Positions 8,363 to 18,925 of a DNA stretch of 64,000 nt are shown in pieces. The notes under the pieces are model-generated. The model was given only the letters and a program-made list of their open reading frames with translations, was not told the DNA's origin and did no database searches. Position 1 is the stretch's first letter, and the number at the start of each line of letters is the position of its first letter. Origin of the DNA: Microcoleus sp. (lineage in GTDB: Bacteria; Cyanobacteriota; Cyanobacteriia; Cyanobacteriales; Microcoleaceae); contig JAYFMW010000028.1 in NCBI GenBank assembly GCA_042408215.1, positions 96,001 through 160,000 on the forward strand. The letters are read 5' to 3'. A program made the translations under genes and the position numbers.

Positions 8363-9628
8363 TTAGCCGAGAGACTCCAGATAGTCGCGAACGCGGTTGC
8401 GACGCTTGGGCTGGCGTAGCTTTTGCAAAGCTTTAGCTTCAATTTGGCGGACTCGCTCGCGGGACAAGTCGAGAGCACGACCAATTTCTGCCAGGGAGTA
8501 GGGGTGTCCGTCACCCAAACCGAACCGCATCAGAATCACATCGCGCTCGCGGCTACTCAAATCTGCCAACAGTTGCTGCAAGTCGCGGTGCAGGGCTTCT
8601 CGCATCAGCATTTCTTCCGGGGAGATGGAAGGGGTTTCGAGCAAGTCGCCGAGCTCCGTATCTTTCTCATTGCCCACTTTAGTTTCTAGGGACACAGAGC
8701 GAGGTACTCGCAGCAAGACATCCCGCACTTGGGGCGCTGTCATGTTCAACTCGATCGCAATGTCTTCGATCGTAGCTGTGCGGCCTTTTTCTTGAGAAAT
8801 TTTGCGCTGGGCTTTTTTTATTTTGTTAAGTTTCTCGGTGATGTGCACCGGGAGGCGGATGGTACGGCTTTGAGTAGCTATAGCCCGCGTAATTCCCTGG
8901 CGAATCCACCAGTATGCGTAAGTGCTAAACCGATAGCCCCGAGTCGGGTCGAACTTTTCTACAGCTCGTTCCAGTCCGAGAGTACCTTCTTGTATTAAAT
9001 CCAACAGTTCTAAACCGCGATTTTGATATTTTTTGGCTACTGAAACCACCAGGCGCAGGTTCGCCTTGATCATGTGGTCTTTTGCTTCGATGCCTTCTGT
9101 TTGAATTCTTTCGATCGTCTCCACCGTCATCTCTGCTATCTCGGCCCAGTGGCGTTTGCCTTCGACCATCATTCGCTTGAGTTCAGGTACGTCAGCGATA
9201 CCGGCTGTCGTGGCCCAGCGTTCCAGGGAAGGTCTGTGCCCCAATTGTGCGGCCAAGCGATCGCGCACCTCGATTAAATGCACGAATCCCTGAATCTTGC
9301 CTTCCTGCTGCTCTGCGGCGGTGTTACGCAATTCCAGCAATTTGATATAGCGCTGAACTTTTTGGGCTTCGGAGACTTCCTCGTCTCGACCTAAAAGACG
9401 AACCCGACCTATTTCTTGGAGGTACAGGCGCACTAAATCTGTAGTGCGACGGCTGGCATTTTTTTGCAATTTGGCCTCATGGTCTGCATCCTCAGCCTCT
9501 GTTGCATCTTGGTCGATGAGTTCGTCCCCAGCTTCTTCAGCATCTTCATCCAACACATCATCTTGCAAGGGATTGACTCGCAGTCGTTCGTCGAATTCAG
9601 CTTCAGCGTAAAAAGAGGTGGCTGGCAT
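8363..9628 (-). CDS. sigC: Group 2 RNA polymerase sigma factor SigC
   Basis: MPATSFYA, RRTTDLVRLYLQEIG, ANLRLVVSVAKKY, regions 2-4; adjacent to furA. Confidence 0.88.
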   Translation of the reverse strand: MPATSFYAEAEFDERLRVNPLQDDVLDEDAEEAGDELIDQDATEAEDADHEAKLQKNASRRTTDLVRLYLQEIGRVRLLGRDEEVSEAQKVQRYIKLLELRNTAAEQQEGKIQGFVHLIEVRDRLAAQLGHRPSLERWATTAGIADVPELKRMMVEGKRHWAEIAEMTVETIERIQTEGIEAKDHMIKANLRLVVSVAKKYQNRGLELLDLIQEGTLGLERAVEKFDPTRGYRFSTYAYWWIRQGITRAIATQSRTIRLPVHITEKLNKIKKAQRKISQEKGRTATIEDIAIELNMTAPQVRDVLLRVPRSVSLETKVGNEKDTELGDLLETPSISPEEMLMREALHRDLQQLLADLSSRERDVILMRFGLGDGHPYSLAEIGRALDLSRERVRQIEAKALQKLRQPKRRNRVRDYLESLG

Positions 9629-10004
9629 AGTGATTTTCTCAGTTGCTCCGGGTGAAAAGATGCTACGCTTAGCGGTCATTTGTATTTATGATGCCCATTT
9701 TGTCAAGACGAAGCATCACCGCTATTTGTTTCTCTACTAATTTTCCTGACCTTTCTACTGTTTGCCGATCGAACTTTGGCTGCCCATCTTGTTTTGGTAA
9801 CTTTCAGGAAAATGCCAAGAACTTTCTGATGTAACAGGTTGAGGCCCCGGAAAGTGCGTTGTACTTCTCTGTTTATGTAGCTAGTATAGAGAGTGACTAG
9901 CTAGAAACAAGTGACTTTCGTCAGAAGTTAAGTTAATCTTCATCACCGATCGCCTGGTTCCCGATCACTTCTCAAAATTCCTGGTTTTTTTAATAAAACT
10001 TTAT

Positions 10005-10302
10005 AAAGAATACCCTGAACACCCTGTGACTTTAGTCCAGGGATGAAAGGGCGTTGCAGGATTTATCCAGCCAGCCCTCTTTATGCAAGACACAAACCAC
10101 ATTCTGTTACCAGAAAAATGTGGGATGGATACACAGACGCAGGTCTGGGAAGCAAATGCCTACCACAAGTAGCCATAGGCTCAGCAATGGGCGAGTGGGT
10201 AGTGGGTTATTGACAAACCCTTTAAGGAGCAAGATTTGGGTGGATTCATCCCCCAAAGTTTGTCCTTAAGAATCCCCGTGTCTTTAGACCGGGGAGTGTC
10301 AA
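10005..10302 (+). mobile_element. 298-bp non-autonomous derivative of the IS605 element at 2941-4489
   Basis: TTAT at 10001-10004; left about 65 bp and right about 135 bp nearly identical to that element's ends; ends in TCAA. Confidence 0.9.
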
Positions 10303-10335
10303 ATAACTCTCCGAGCGATCTATAAAAGCAATAAA

Positions 10336-11738
10336 CCGTTAACCTAGGTTATAGCCCGCAGTTTAAGGGCGAGAAACTGTAACTAGATTGTTAGACAAAG
10401 TTGCCCATATTTGCCCAATCGTGGGTAGCTTTTGTCTTCTGTTAGATTTTCCATACTTGCTGCGGTGTCTGATATTGGTCACAATAAGACAGTGCAAGCA
10501 AGAAATATATGCCGCGATCCAAATAAAGGAATGCCATGCTACTCGGATTTAAAACCGAATTAAAACTCAATGCCCGACAGCGAATACTGCTAGCCAAACA
10601 TTGTGGGGTAGCGCGTCACGCTTGGAACTGGGGGCTGTGGTTGACCAAAAACATTCTCGACCACAATAAATCCAATCCCAACGAAAAACTCAAATTTCCT
10701 ACAGCTATTGACCTGCACAAACTGTTAGTAGCTTTGGTGAAATCAGAGAATGCTTGGTATTACGAGTGCAGCAAATCTACACCGCAGAGCGCATTAATAG
10801 CATTGCGAGAAGCATGGAAGCGGTGTTTTAAAAAGACTGCTGGGGTACCGAAGTTTAAGAAAAAAGGACGGCGAGATTCTTTCACGTTGGAAGGGACAGT
10901 CAAAATAAGCGGGAGTAACAAAATCCAAGTTCCTGTAATTGGCGTCCTCAAGACTTATGAAAGGCTACCACAAGTATCAACTTGCGTCTTGCGCGATATC
11001 CCGGATTGCCGACAGGTGGTCGATCAGTTTCAGGTTTGATGTAGAACAGCAAGAGTCATGCCAAACAGACATTGTAGGAGTTGACCTCGGTATTAAAGCA
11101 TTGGCTACTCTCTCAACAGGTGAAGTAGTTATCGGTGCTAAATCCTACAAAAAATATGCAGCAAAACTCTCAAGGATGCAATGGTTGAGTCGCCATAAAG
11201 TCATCGGTTCGAGCAATTGGGAAAAAGCACAAGTCAAGATAGCTGGACTGCATAGAAAGATAGCTAACATCCGTAAAGATACGTTGCACAAACTAACGAC
11301 ATTACTTGCCAAAAACCACGGTGTAATTGTCATAGAAGATTTGAATGTATCTGGGATGATGGCTAATCATAAACTGGCGGGAGCGGTGGCTGATATGGGT
11401 TTCTTTGAATTCCGACGCCATCTCACCTACAAATGCAAGTTGTACGGTTCAAAGTTGGTAATAGTTGACCGTTGGTTCCCAAGCTCAAAAACCTGTTCTA
11501 ATTGTGGAACCAAAAAAGAAACATTCTCTCTTTGTGAGCGAATGTTTGAATGCAGCCATTGTGGTTTTAAGATTGACCGCGACTTAAATGCGGCGATTAA
11601 TTTGTCAAAAACCGTCAGTTAGACGGGGATAGCCTGCGGACTGGTGAGTGCCGACACTACCAGGTTGAAACAGGAAGTAAGGTTCAAAGTTCAGCTTTGT
11701 ATAAAGTTGGGTAGCTTTGGGTAAGTCTTATGTAACGG
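10336..11738 (+). mobile_element. IS607-like element lacking tnpA
   Basis: CCGTTA...TAACGG ends, short subterminal direct repeats (TTGCCCA; TTGGGTA), MLLGFKTELKLN-type TnpB. Confidence 0.65.
10536..11622 (+). pseudogene. tnpB: TnpB, frameshifted near 10984
   Basis: N-half (10536-) and C-half (GVDLGI, IEDL, CSNC/CSHC, DRDLNAA) lie in different frames. Confidence 0.85.
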
Positions 11739-11796
11739 TTTATTGCTTTTTGGCGATTCCCTGGCGACGGGCTGGGGAGGTGCCAGAAAATTAAAA

Positions 11797-12669
11797 TTAG
11801 TGGCGCGGGTAAAGTTTCATCAGTTCCCTCACCTGTTCGGCGTGATAAGAACTGCGAGTCAAGGGAGAAGCGACAACTTGCAAGAATCCCAAAGATTCCC
11901 CAAACTCTCTCCAAGCATCAAACTGTTCTGGCGGCACAAAGTTTTCCACATTCAAGTGCTTTTGAGTTGGTTGCAGGTACTGTCCCATCGTCAAAATATC
12001 GCAGCCCACAGCCCGCAAGTCCTGCATGGCTTCCCGAACTTCCTCGTCTGTTTCTCCCAGTCCCACCATGATGCCAGATTTGGTGTAAACCTCTGGTGCA
12101 AGTTCGCGACTGCGCCTCAATAATTCCAGGGTGCGATCGTAATTTCCTTGTGGCCGCACCTTCCGGTAAAGTCGCTTCACAGTTTCCGTGTTGTGGTTGA
12201 GTACCTCCGGCCGGGCTGCGAGAATAGTGTCTAAAGCTTGCCAGTTGCCGCACAAATCGGGAATCAAAACTTCTATAGTTGTATCGGGCATCGCCGATCG
12301 CACCGCTTGAATGCACTGCACGAACTGGGATGCACCCCCATCGGGCAAATCGTCCCGATTCACCGAGGTAATCACGACGTGCTTGAGTTTGAGGCGCTTC
12401 ACTGCTTGCGCCAATCTTTCCGGCTCCGTCGGATCTAGAGGTTGAGGCTTTTTCTCAAAGTCAATATCGCAGTAAGGACAGGCGCGGGTACAGGCTGGCC
12501 CCATAATTAAAAATGTGGCAGTACCTGCATTGAAGCACTCGCCGATGTTGGGACACGATGCCTCTTCGCAAACCGTATTTAGGGCTAAATCCCGCAAAAT
12601 TTCTTTAACGTTGCCGACGCGCTCCCACTGGGGGGCTTTGACTCGCAACCACTGTGGCTTAACTGTCAC
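11797..12669 (-). CDS. lipA: Lipoyl synthase
   Basis: [26 protein letters not shown]. Confidence 0.95.
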   Translation of the reverse strand: MTVKPQWLRVKAPQWERVGNVKEILRDLALNTVCEEASCPNIGECFNAGTATFLIMGPACTRACPYCDIDFEKKPQPLDPTEPERLAQAVKRLKLKHVVITSVNRDDLPDGGASQFVQCIQAVRSAMPDTTIEVLIPDLCGNWQALDTILAARPEVLNHNTETVKRLYRKVRPQGNYDRTLELLRRSRELAPEVYTKSGIMVGLGETDEEVREAMQDLRAVGCDILTMGQYLQPTQKHLNVENFVPPEQFDAWREFGESLGFLQVVASPLTRSSYHAEQVRELMKLYPRH

Positions 12670-12725
12670 GCCTGTCTCCGCCTGAGTAGTGTTTTACAAA
12701 TTATTATATACGAGCTTGTTCAATT

Positions 12726-12754
12726 TTGACTTGTATGTGATATATTACTAAGAT
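12726..12754 (+). promoter_or_regulatory. Sigma70-type promoter of tRNA-Pro
   Basis: TTGACT-N17-TAAGAT ending 12 bp before the tRNA. Confidence 0.7.
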
Positions 12755-12766
12755 ATTGACTAAATT

Positions 12767-12840
12767 CGGGATGTAGCGCAGCTTGGTAGCGCACCTCGTT
12801 CGGGACGAGGGGGTCGCAGGTTCAAATCCTGTCATCCCGA
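12767..12840 (+). tRNA. trnP: tRNA-Pro(CGG)
   Basis: Cloverleaf CGGGATG...CATCCCG-A, anticodon arm CCTCG-TTCGGGA-CGAGG, GGTTCAAATCC T-loop. Confidence 0.97.
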
Positions 12841-13165
12841 TTTTTAAATCAGACCGGAAATTGCTCAGAAACTGAGTTTCTTTGGTGCGATGCTTGGGCG
12901 GTAAATATTTTTTATGGGCGATAAATCTATCGGGCGATCGCAACTCCTGTGAATCGATTTGAGATTTGAGATTTGAGATTTGAGATTGAATATAGAAATT
13001 TAGCCCTGGTTGGAAACCAGATTTAATTAAGAAGACTGGAATATTTCTTAACTATCACTTCTTAAACCTTTACATCTTGAGAGAGATTTATAGATAGCTG
13101 AATAAGCTTACAATCTGATCTTGCTACCCATTTTAAAATCAACTAAAAAATTGGAGGATATTCTG

Positions 13166-14290
13166 ATGCATAAAAGTGGCACAGCCTTCGGATCCTGCAC
13201 TCGCTGCGAAACAGTACCCGACAAAATAGAGGGCAGCGGGGGTCTATACCTATGGTTTCCAGTATCACACACGCTGCATAAGATTATTTCTGCACTGGCC
13301 AAGGCGCAACTTGAATACCTGCTGCTAGAAGACGGGAAGTGTTTGTACGTTGTAATTGACTGGAGGGGAACGGAAAGCTTGAGCAACATAGCATTATCGA
13401 CCCTGACAAATCAAGAGTTAAAAGAGACAAATGTCTTGTGGATGCCGGGAATTGAACAGCCGAAACTCTGCGATTTTTCTAGGCTCACTTCCTTAGACAG
13501 TTTTATTAACTTCAGTAAGTCAGATTGGCTGTTAGATTTATTGTCTCAAGAACGTATTACTACTCATTTTCAGCCAATTGTTTATACCTCAGACACGTCT
13601 CAAATTTTTGCACAAGAAGCGCTGCTGCGAGGAATTGATGAGCAGGGAAACTTAATTCCTCCTGGTCGCATTTTTGCCCAGGCAGAATCAGCGGGGATCA
13701 TTTTTCAACTAGATGCTTTAGCTAGAACTCGCGCTATCCGCGAAGCCAAGGTATACGAGATGAAGGAACTACTTTTTATTAATTTTTCGCCGACTTCTGT
13801 TTACGATCCCGCTACCTGTCTGCGAATGACTGTGAAAGCTATTGATGAATCGGGAATTCCTCACAGCAATATTGTTTTTGAGGTAGCGGAATCTCGGCAC
13901 CCTCCAGATATTGCTCACCTGATTAGGATTCTTGAGTTTTACCGAGAGGCGGGTTTTTTAATTGCACTAGATGATTTTGGCAGCGGTTCTTCTAATTTAA
14001 ACTTGATGCACCAGTTGCGTCCTGATTTTATTAAGTTGGATATGGAATTGATTCGCAATGTCCATCAAGATTATTATAAGGCACTAATTACTGAAAAGAT
14101 GTTAGAAATTGCCTGTAAGTTAGAGATTAAAACTGTTGCTGAAGGTGTGGAAACTTTGGAGGAGTTAGAGTGGGTGCGACAACGGGGAGCAACTTTTGTT
14201 CAAGGTTATTTGATTGCTAAGCCAACTTCTCCGCCGATCGCAGTTACAAGTTATATTGGTGGTGTAGAATCTGAAGCTATTTCTGCTTAA
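13166..14290 (+). CDS. EAL-domain c-di-GMP phosphodiesterase
   Basis: FQPIV, EALLR, FINFSP, DDFGSG, IKLD, AEGVE, QGY. Confidence 0.9.
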   Translation: MHKSGTAFGSCTRCETVPDKIEGSGGLYLWFPVSHTLHKIISALAKAQLEYLLLEDGKCLYVVIDWRGTESLSNIALSTLTNQELKETNVLWMPGIEQPKLCDFSRLTSLDSFINFSKSDWLLDLLSQERITTHFQPIVYTSDTSQIFAQEALLRGIDEQGNLIPPGRIFAQAESAGIIFQLDALARTRAIREAKVYEMKELLFINFSPTSVYDPATCLRMTVKAIDESGIPHSNIVFEVAESRHPPDIAHLIRILEFYREAGFLIALDDFGSGSSNLNLMHQLRPDFIKLDMELIRNVHQDYYKALITEKMLEIACKLEIKTVAEGVETLEELEWVRQRGATFVQGYLIAKPTSPPIAVTSYIGGVESEAISA

Positions 14291-14411
14291 AAGGTTTGCA
14301 GTTGGGATGGCTCGTTCCTACGCAGAGCCCATTGGTGACAACTTAATGTCAAACCGACAGTCTTTCTTGTTTGTAGTGAAGTCTTGATCCCCCCTAACCC
14401 CCCTTAATAAG

Positions 14412-15714
14412 CAGGGTGGATTAATTGTCACAGGATAAAGGTATCATAGAATAGGCGATCGGGTATTCAGAACTTGGAAGACTATCAGTCATGGAGTGCA
14501 TCAACAATGAACTTAATTGAAGCAATTAAATCTGTTCCCGACCATCGACAACCGAGAGGAATCAGACATCCTTTATGGCTGATACTAACAATAATTTTTT
14601 TAGGCAGTTGTACGGGATATTGGGGCTATAAGCCCTTGGTTGATTTTACCACAAATCATCGAGCAACCCTCATCAAATTATTTAAGCTGTCACCCGATGT
14701 TAGATTTCCGTCAGACTCGACTTTTAGAAACATAATTCAATCATTAGATTTTGAGATTATCGCCGTCCTTTTTAATGTATGGTCACAACAAAATTTACCG
14801 CTAACCCCGGTCGAATTGATGGCAATCGATGGAAAAGGTATCAAAAGTACCTCAGTCGGTGGCCAGAGTTATTACCAAAATTTGGTCAGCATGGTTTCTG
14901 TCTACAGTCATCATCATGGATGGGTAGTACGACATAAAGTCATGGAAAATCATCATCAAAGCGAAATCTCCGTTGTTGAGGAACTGATCGGAGAACTATC
15001 GGGTTCTCAGGTGGTAATTACAGCGGACGCGCTGCATTGTCAAAAAAAAACGCTGCGGTTAATTATTGATGGTGGTAATGACTATATAGTTACCATTAAA
15101 AAGAATCAATCAAGTCTATTTAAAACAGCTCAGAAAGTAGTAAATTTTGCCGATGCGATCGAGTCACATCACGCTGATGAACGCTTACATGGACGCAGTA
15201 CAGCTCGAATCACCACAATTTATGCCATTGCTCCTCAATTATTACCTTTGTGGGCGGGGGTTAAGCACATAATTGCAATCATCAGAAGTGGCAGCAGATG
15301 GAAAGGTAAAAAAAGTCGGCGTCGATTAGTTGATTTCCATGAATCACACTATTATTTAAGTAGTCTGGACTGGTCAGCTAGTCAATTTGCCGAGGCAATT
15401 CGAGGACACTGGTTAATTGAGAATAGACTGCATTGGGTTAAAGATGTGACGTTAAATGAGGATAACTGTATTCATCGTGGGGGCAACGCAGCAGCTAATT
15501 GGGCAATGGTTAGACAGTTTTTAGTCTCTTTAGCTAGGATGAGTGGGACGAATACTCTTCCACAAGCTTTAAGATTGATGGCTAACCAAGTTGAAAATAT
15601 CAGTGAGTTGCTTTTCGGTTTTTTGACCCGTGACAAACCAGTTAAATCCTTCACGTAGCACGATCGCATTGCCCGATCGGCTTAGTTTATTTTTTCGACA
15701 ATAAATCCACCCTG
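14412..15714 (+). mobile_element. ISAs1-family insertion sequence
   Basis: TIRs CAGGGTGGATTAATTGTC and GACAATAAATCCACCCTG (17/18). Confidence 0.88.
14507..15658 (+). CDS. ISAs1-family DDE transposase
   Basis: AIDGK, TADALHCQK, RGHWLIENRLHWVKDV. Confidence 0.92.
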   Translation: MNLIEAIKSVPDHRQPRGIRHPLWLILTIIFLGSCTGYWGYKPLVDFTTNHRATLIKLFKLSPDVRFPSDSTFRNIIQSLDFEIIAVLFNVWSQQNLPLTPVELMAIDGKGIKSTSVGGQSYYQNLVSMVSVYSHHHGWVVRHKVMENHHQSEISVVEELIGELSGSQVVITADALHCQKKTLRLIIDGGNDYIVTIKKNQSSLFKTAQKVVNFADAIESHHADERLHGRSTARITTIYAIAPQLLPLWAGVKHIIAIIRSGSRWKGKKSRRRLVDFHESHYYLSSLDWSASQFAEAIRGHWLIENRLHWVKDVTLNEDNCIHRGGNAAANWAMVRQFLVSLARMSGTNTLPQALRLMANQVENISELLFGFLTRDKPVKSFT

Positions 15715-16626
15715 CCTAACCCCCCTTAATAAGGGGGGGAGAAGAGTATTGATCTTTCGTCTCCCTGATTAAGGGGGGAGAAGAGTATTGATCCCCCCTA
15801 ACCCCCCTTAATAAGGGGGGGAGAAGAGTATTGATCTTTCCGTCTCCCTGATTAAGGGGGGAGAAGAGTATTGATCCCCCCTAACCCCCCTTAATAAGGG
15901 GGGGAGAAGAGTATTGATCTTTCGTCTCCCTGATTAAGGGGGGAGAAGAGTATTGATCCCCCCTAACCCCCCTTAATCAGGGGGGAGAAGAGTATTGATC
16001 TTTCGTCTCCCTGATTAAGGGGGGAGAAGAGTATTGATCCCCCCTAACCCCCCTTAATCAGGGGGGGAGAAGAGTATTGATCTTTCCGTCTCCCTGATTA
16101 AGGGGGGAGAAGAGTATTGATCCCCCCTAACCCCCCTTAATCAGGGGGGGAGAAGAGTATTGATCTTTCCGTCTCCCTGATTAAGGGGGGAGAAGAGTAT
16201 TGATCCCCCCTAACCCCCCTTAATCAGGGGGGGAGAAGAGTATTGATCTTTCCGTCTCCCTGATTAAGGGGGGAGAAGAGTATTGATCTTTCCGTCTCCC
16301 TGATTAAGGGGGGAGAAGAGTATTGATCCCCCCTAACCCCCCTTAATCAGGGGGGGAGAAGAGTATTGATATTTCCGTCTCCCTGATTAAGGGGGGAGAA
16401 GAGTATTGATCTTTCGTCTCCCTGATTAAGGGGGGAGAAGAGTATTGATCTTTCGTCTCCCTGATTAAGGGGGGAGAAGAGTATTGATCTTTCGTCTCCC
16501 TGATTAAGGGGGGAGAAGAGTATTGATCTTTCGTCTCCCTGATTAAGGGGGGAGAAGAGTATTGATCTTTCGTCTCCCTGATTAAGGGGGGAGAAGAGTA
16601 TTGATCTTTCGTCTCCCTGATTAAGG
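15715..16626. repeat. Tandem array of two related 39-42-bp units (more than 20 units)
   Basis: A=GATCCCCCCTAACCCCCCTTAAT(A/C)AGGGGGGGAGAAGAGTATT; B=GATCTTTC(C)GTCTCCCTGATTAAGGGGGGAGAAGAGTATT; alternating, then a B-only run. Confidence 0.95.
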
Positions 16627-16852
16627 CAGGGCGGTTTCATTCTCAGGAAAAACAGGGTTTTGTAGGGGTAGTGCTACCCCTACTCCCCGTGCCTACCCCC
16701 CCCCACCAACCATCGAATGGGCATTTCATCCATCTGGGCAATGGTTCGACCCAACGACTGCGTTTATCCTGAGCGAAGCCGAAGGGCTCAGGGCAACGCT
16801 TCGCACGCACCGCCACGGGGGGATTGCCCCTACAAAGAATGAAACAGCCCTG
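16627..16852. mobile_element. 226-bp MITE with CAGGG-type TIRs
   Basis: CAGGGCGGTTTCATTCT and AGAATGAAACAGCCCTG (16/17); internal GTAGGGG...CCCCTAC REP-like arms. Confidence 0.75.
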
Positions 16853-16967
16853 GGGATTTAGGGGGATCTAGACTTCGCCTAAAAGCGACATTTATTGTGG
16901 GTTTCAGTCTTAAGTTGTCACCTATGGGCAGAGCCTGGTAACGAGAAGAACGAGAAGAATTAGCCTT

Positions 16968-17843
16968 TTAAATGCTTAAGTTGCGCCGCAAAAAGCTTTC
17001 TAAGGATTCCATTTTGATGCTGTAAATAGATTCCAAGTTTTGCACTTCTTCGGGAGTGCAGAAAAACTCGTTACCCAGCAATACCCGCAAAGTTCCTAAG
17101 TCTTTTTGAGCTTGAGGATTCAATAAACCCAAGGCATTTCGCAAGCCGTCAAACACAACCAGCGGCGGGTTGATTACCATCGGTTCGCGATTGAATAAGC
17201 GTCCAAAAATGCGGGCAATTTCGTCTCTTGTCAGCACATCCGGGCCGCCGACTGGCAAGATTTGGTTGCGGGCCCCTTCAACAGTTGGCGAGTCTACTGC
17301 AATATGAGCTAAGTCGTCGGTACTGACAACAGATGTGCGGTTTTTGCCGTCGCCAATTAGCAGGTAAAATCCGGTTTCTCGAAATCTTTCTGCTAGCGGT
17401 AACAAGCGGTCAGCAAAACCGGCTGGCCGCAAGATTGTATAATTCAAGCCACTGTTTTGCAGGTATTTTTCAACTTCTCGCTTGGCTTTGAATACTGCGG
17501 AATCTTCGTATCCGCGATCGACTCCCAGTACAGAAAGAAATACAAAGTGCTCTACTCCGGCTGCTTTGGCGCTGTCGATCAATTCTATGTTAGCGCGGTA
17601 GTGTACTGCTTGAACGTCGCCGCCGGTGCCGTGGGTGCTGATGATGTATTTCACGCCTTGGCAGGCTTTTTTAATATCTTTGTCTTGTTTTAAGTCGCCG
17701 ATAAAAATCTCGGCACCTCGGTTTTCTAGTTCTGAGTAGCGAGATGCGAGGCGAACAAATGCGCGAACAGGCTGATCTTGCTGTCTGATTTCTCGTACAA
17801 TTCGGCGGCCTAGGGCGCCTGTTGCTCCGGTTACTAAGAACAT
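16968..17843 (-). CDS. NAD(P)-binding atypical SDR / NmrA-like protein
   Basis: LVTGATGALG, KREVEKYL, YTILRP. Confidence 0.85.
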   Translation of the reverse strand: MFLVTGATGALGRRIVREIRQQDQPVRAFVRLASRYSELENRGAEIFIGDLKQDKDIKKACQGVKYIISTHGTGGDVQAVHYRANIELIDSAKAAGVEHFVFLSVLGVDRGYEDSAVFKAKREVEKYLQNSGLNYTILRPAGFADRLLPLAERFRETGFYLLIGDGKNRTSVVSTDDLAHIAVDSPTVEGARNQILPVGGPDVLTRDEIARIFGRLFNREPMVINPPLVVFDGLRNALGLLNPQAQKDLGTLRVLLGNEFFCTPEEVQNLESIYSIKMESLESFLRRNLSI

Positions 17844-17990
17844 GATGTTTGCTGCTTGGTTGTTATTAACTCGATCGGGACTTACGCAGAGGGTCTAGAA
17901 ACCCGGTTTCTTAAATTTCTCGTTGCTAAACCTAAGATTTATCGTAGAAACCGGGTTTCTTTTGCCTTAGTTTTATTTATAACTCATAAA

Positions 17991-18776
17991 TCAAATTTCG
18001 ACAATTACCGGGGTGTGGTCGCTGGGTTTGACCAATTTTCTGGGAGCAATGTCTATTGTACAGTTTTTTGCTTGTTCGTACAGGGGAGGGCTGAGATAAT
18101 GGTGGTCGATTCTCCAGCCGTTGTTGCGGGGAAATGCGGCGGCGCGGTAGTCCCACCAGCTATAATGGCCGCCTTCTGATGTGAATTTGCGAAAGGGGTC
18201 GTTTAATCCTAATTCTATGATTTCTGTGAGTGCGAGGCGTTCGGGGACAGATAAGCCGACGGAGTTGGCATTGGCTTTGGGATTGTGGATATCTCGATCG
18301 TCCGGGACGATGTTGAAGTCGCCGCAAATGCACAAGTTGGGGGATTTGTCTAGTGCTATTTTGAGGTATTCTTGCAGCAGTTTGAGCCACTTTAGTTTGT
18401 ACTCATATTTCTCGCTGCCGACTTCGGAACCGTTGGGAACGTATACGCAAATGATGCAAATATCGTCTATAACCCCGGCTATTAGGCGTTTTTGTTCGTC
18501 AAACATACCTGCGGTTTCGTCGCCGAGAATGGGGGCAAATCCGCTGCTAATTTGCTCTAGGGGCGATCGGCTAAAAATGGCGACGCCGTTGTAGGATTTT
18601 TGACCGGAAATGTAACAGTTGTAGCCGAGGTTGATGAAGGGTTCTAGGGGAAAGTCTTTGTCTATGACTTTGGTTTCTTGGAGGCAGAGAACGTCTGGGG
18701 AGTTTGTTTGCAACCAGCTAATAACCTGTTCTGAGCGGGTGCGGATTGAGTTGACGTTCCAGGTGGCGATTTTCAT
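17991..18776 (-). CDS. xth: Exodeoxyribonuclease III
   Basis: ATWNVNSIR, LQETK, YVPNG, GDFN, WRIDH, SDHTP. Confidence 0.95.
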   Translation of the reverse strand: MKIATWNVNSIRTRSEQVISWLQTNSPDVLCLQETKVIDKDFPLEPFINLGYNCYISGQKSYNGVAIFSRSPLEQISSGFAPILGDETAGMFDEQKRLIAGVIDDICIICVYVPNGSEVGSEKYEYKLKWLKLLQEYLKIALDKSPNLCICGDFNIVPDDRDIHNPKANANSVGLSVPERLALTEIIELGLNDPFRKFTSEGGHYSWWDYRAAAFPRNNGWRIDHHYLSPPLYEQAKNCTIDIAPRKLVKPSDHTPVIVEI

Positions 18777-18925
18777 TAATATAGTAATCCTAACGGTGAT
18801 GTGGGGGGAACCCAAATTCGGATGACTCGGCGGTTGAAACCGCTACTACACAAACAAAGTCCGCCTGCGCGGACTAATAATAAAAGCGATCGCACCTATT
18901 TTAACCTATTTGATTCCCGTTCAAC

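Larger units (their letters stand above)
14329..16927. mobile_element. Outer MITE (18-bp TIR, 7-bp TSD GCAGAGC) containing a tandem array, ISAs1 and a second MITE
   Basis: CCATTGGTGACAACTTAA (14329-46) and TTAAGTTGTCACCTATGG (16910-27) match 17/18; GCAGAGC at 14322 and 16928. Confidence 0.75.

Noticed and set aside
12704..12943. 79-aa minus-strand ORF
   Set aside because: Antisense shadow of tRNA-Pro; other short ORFs nested in long genes were rejected likewise
12767..12960. tRNA-Pro as integration site of an island
   Set aside because: No duplicated tRNA 3' end noticed and no integrase in the window
15715..16626. CRISPR array
   Set aside because: No unique spacers (two alternating units) and no cas genes; ORF 16347-16640 is just the repeat translated
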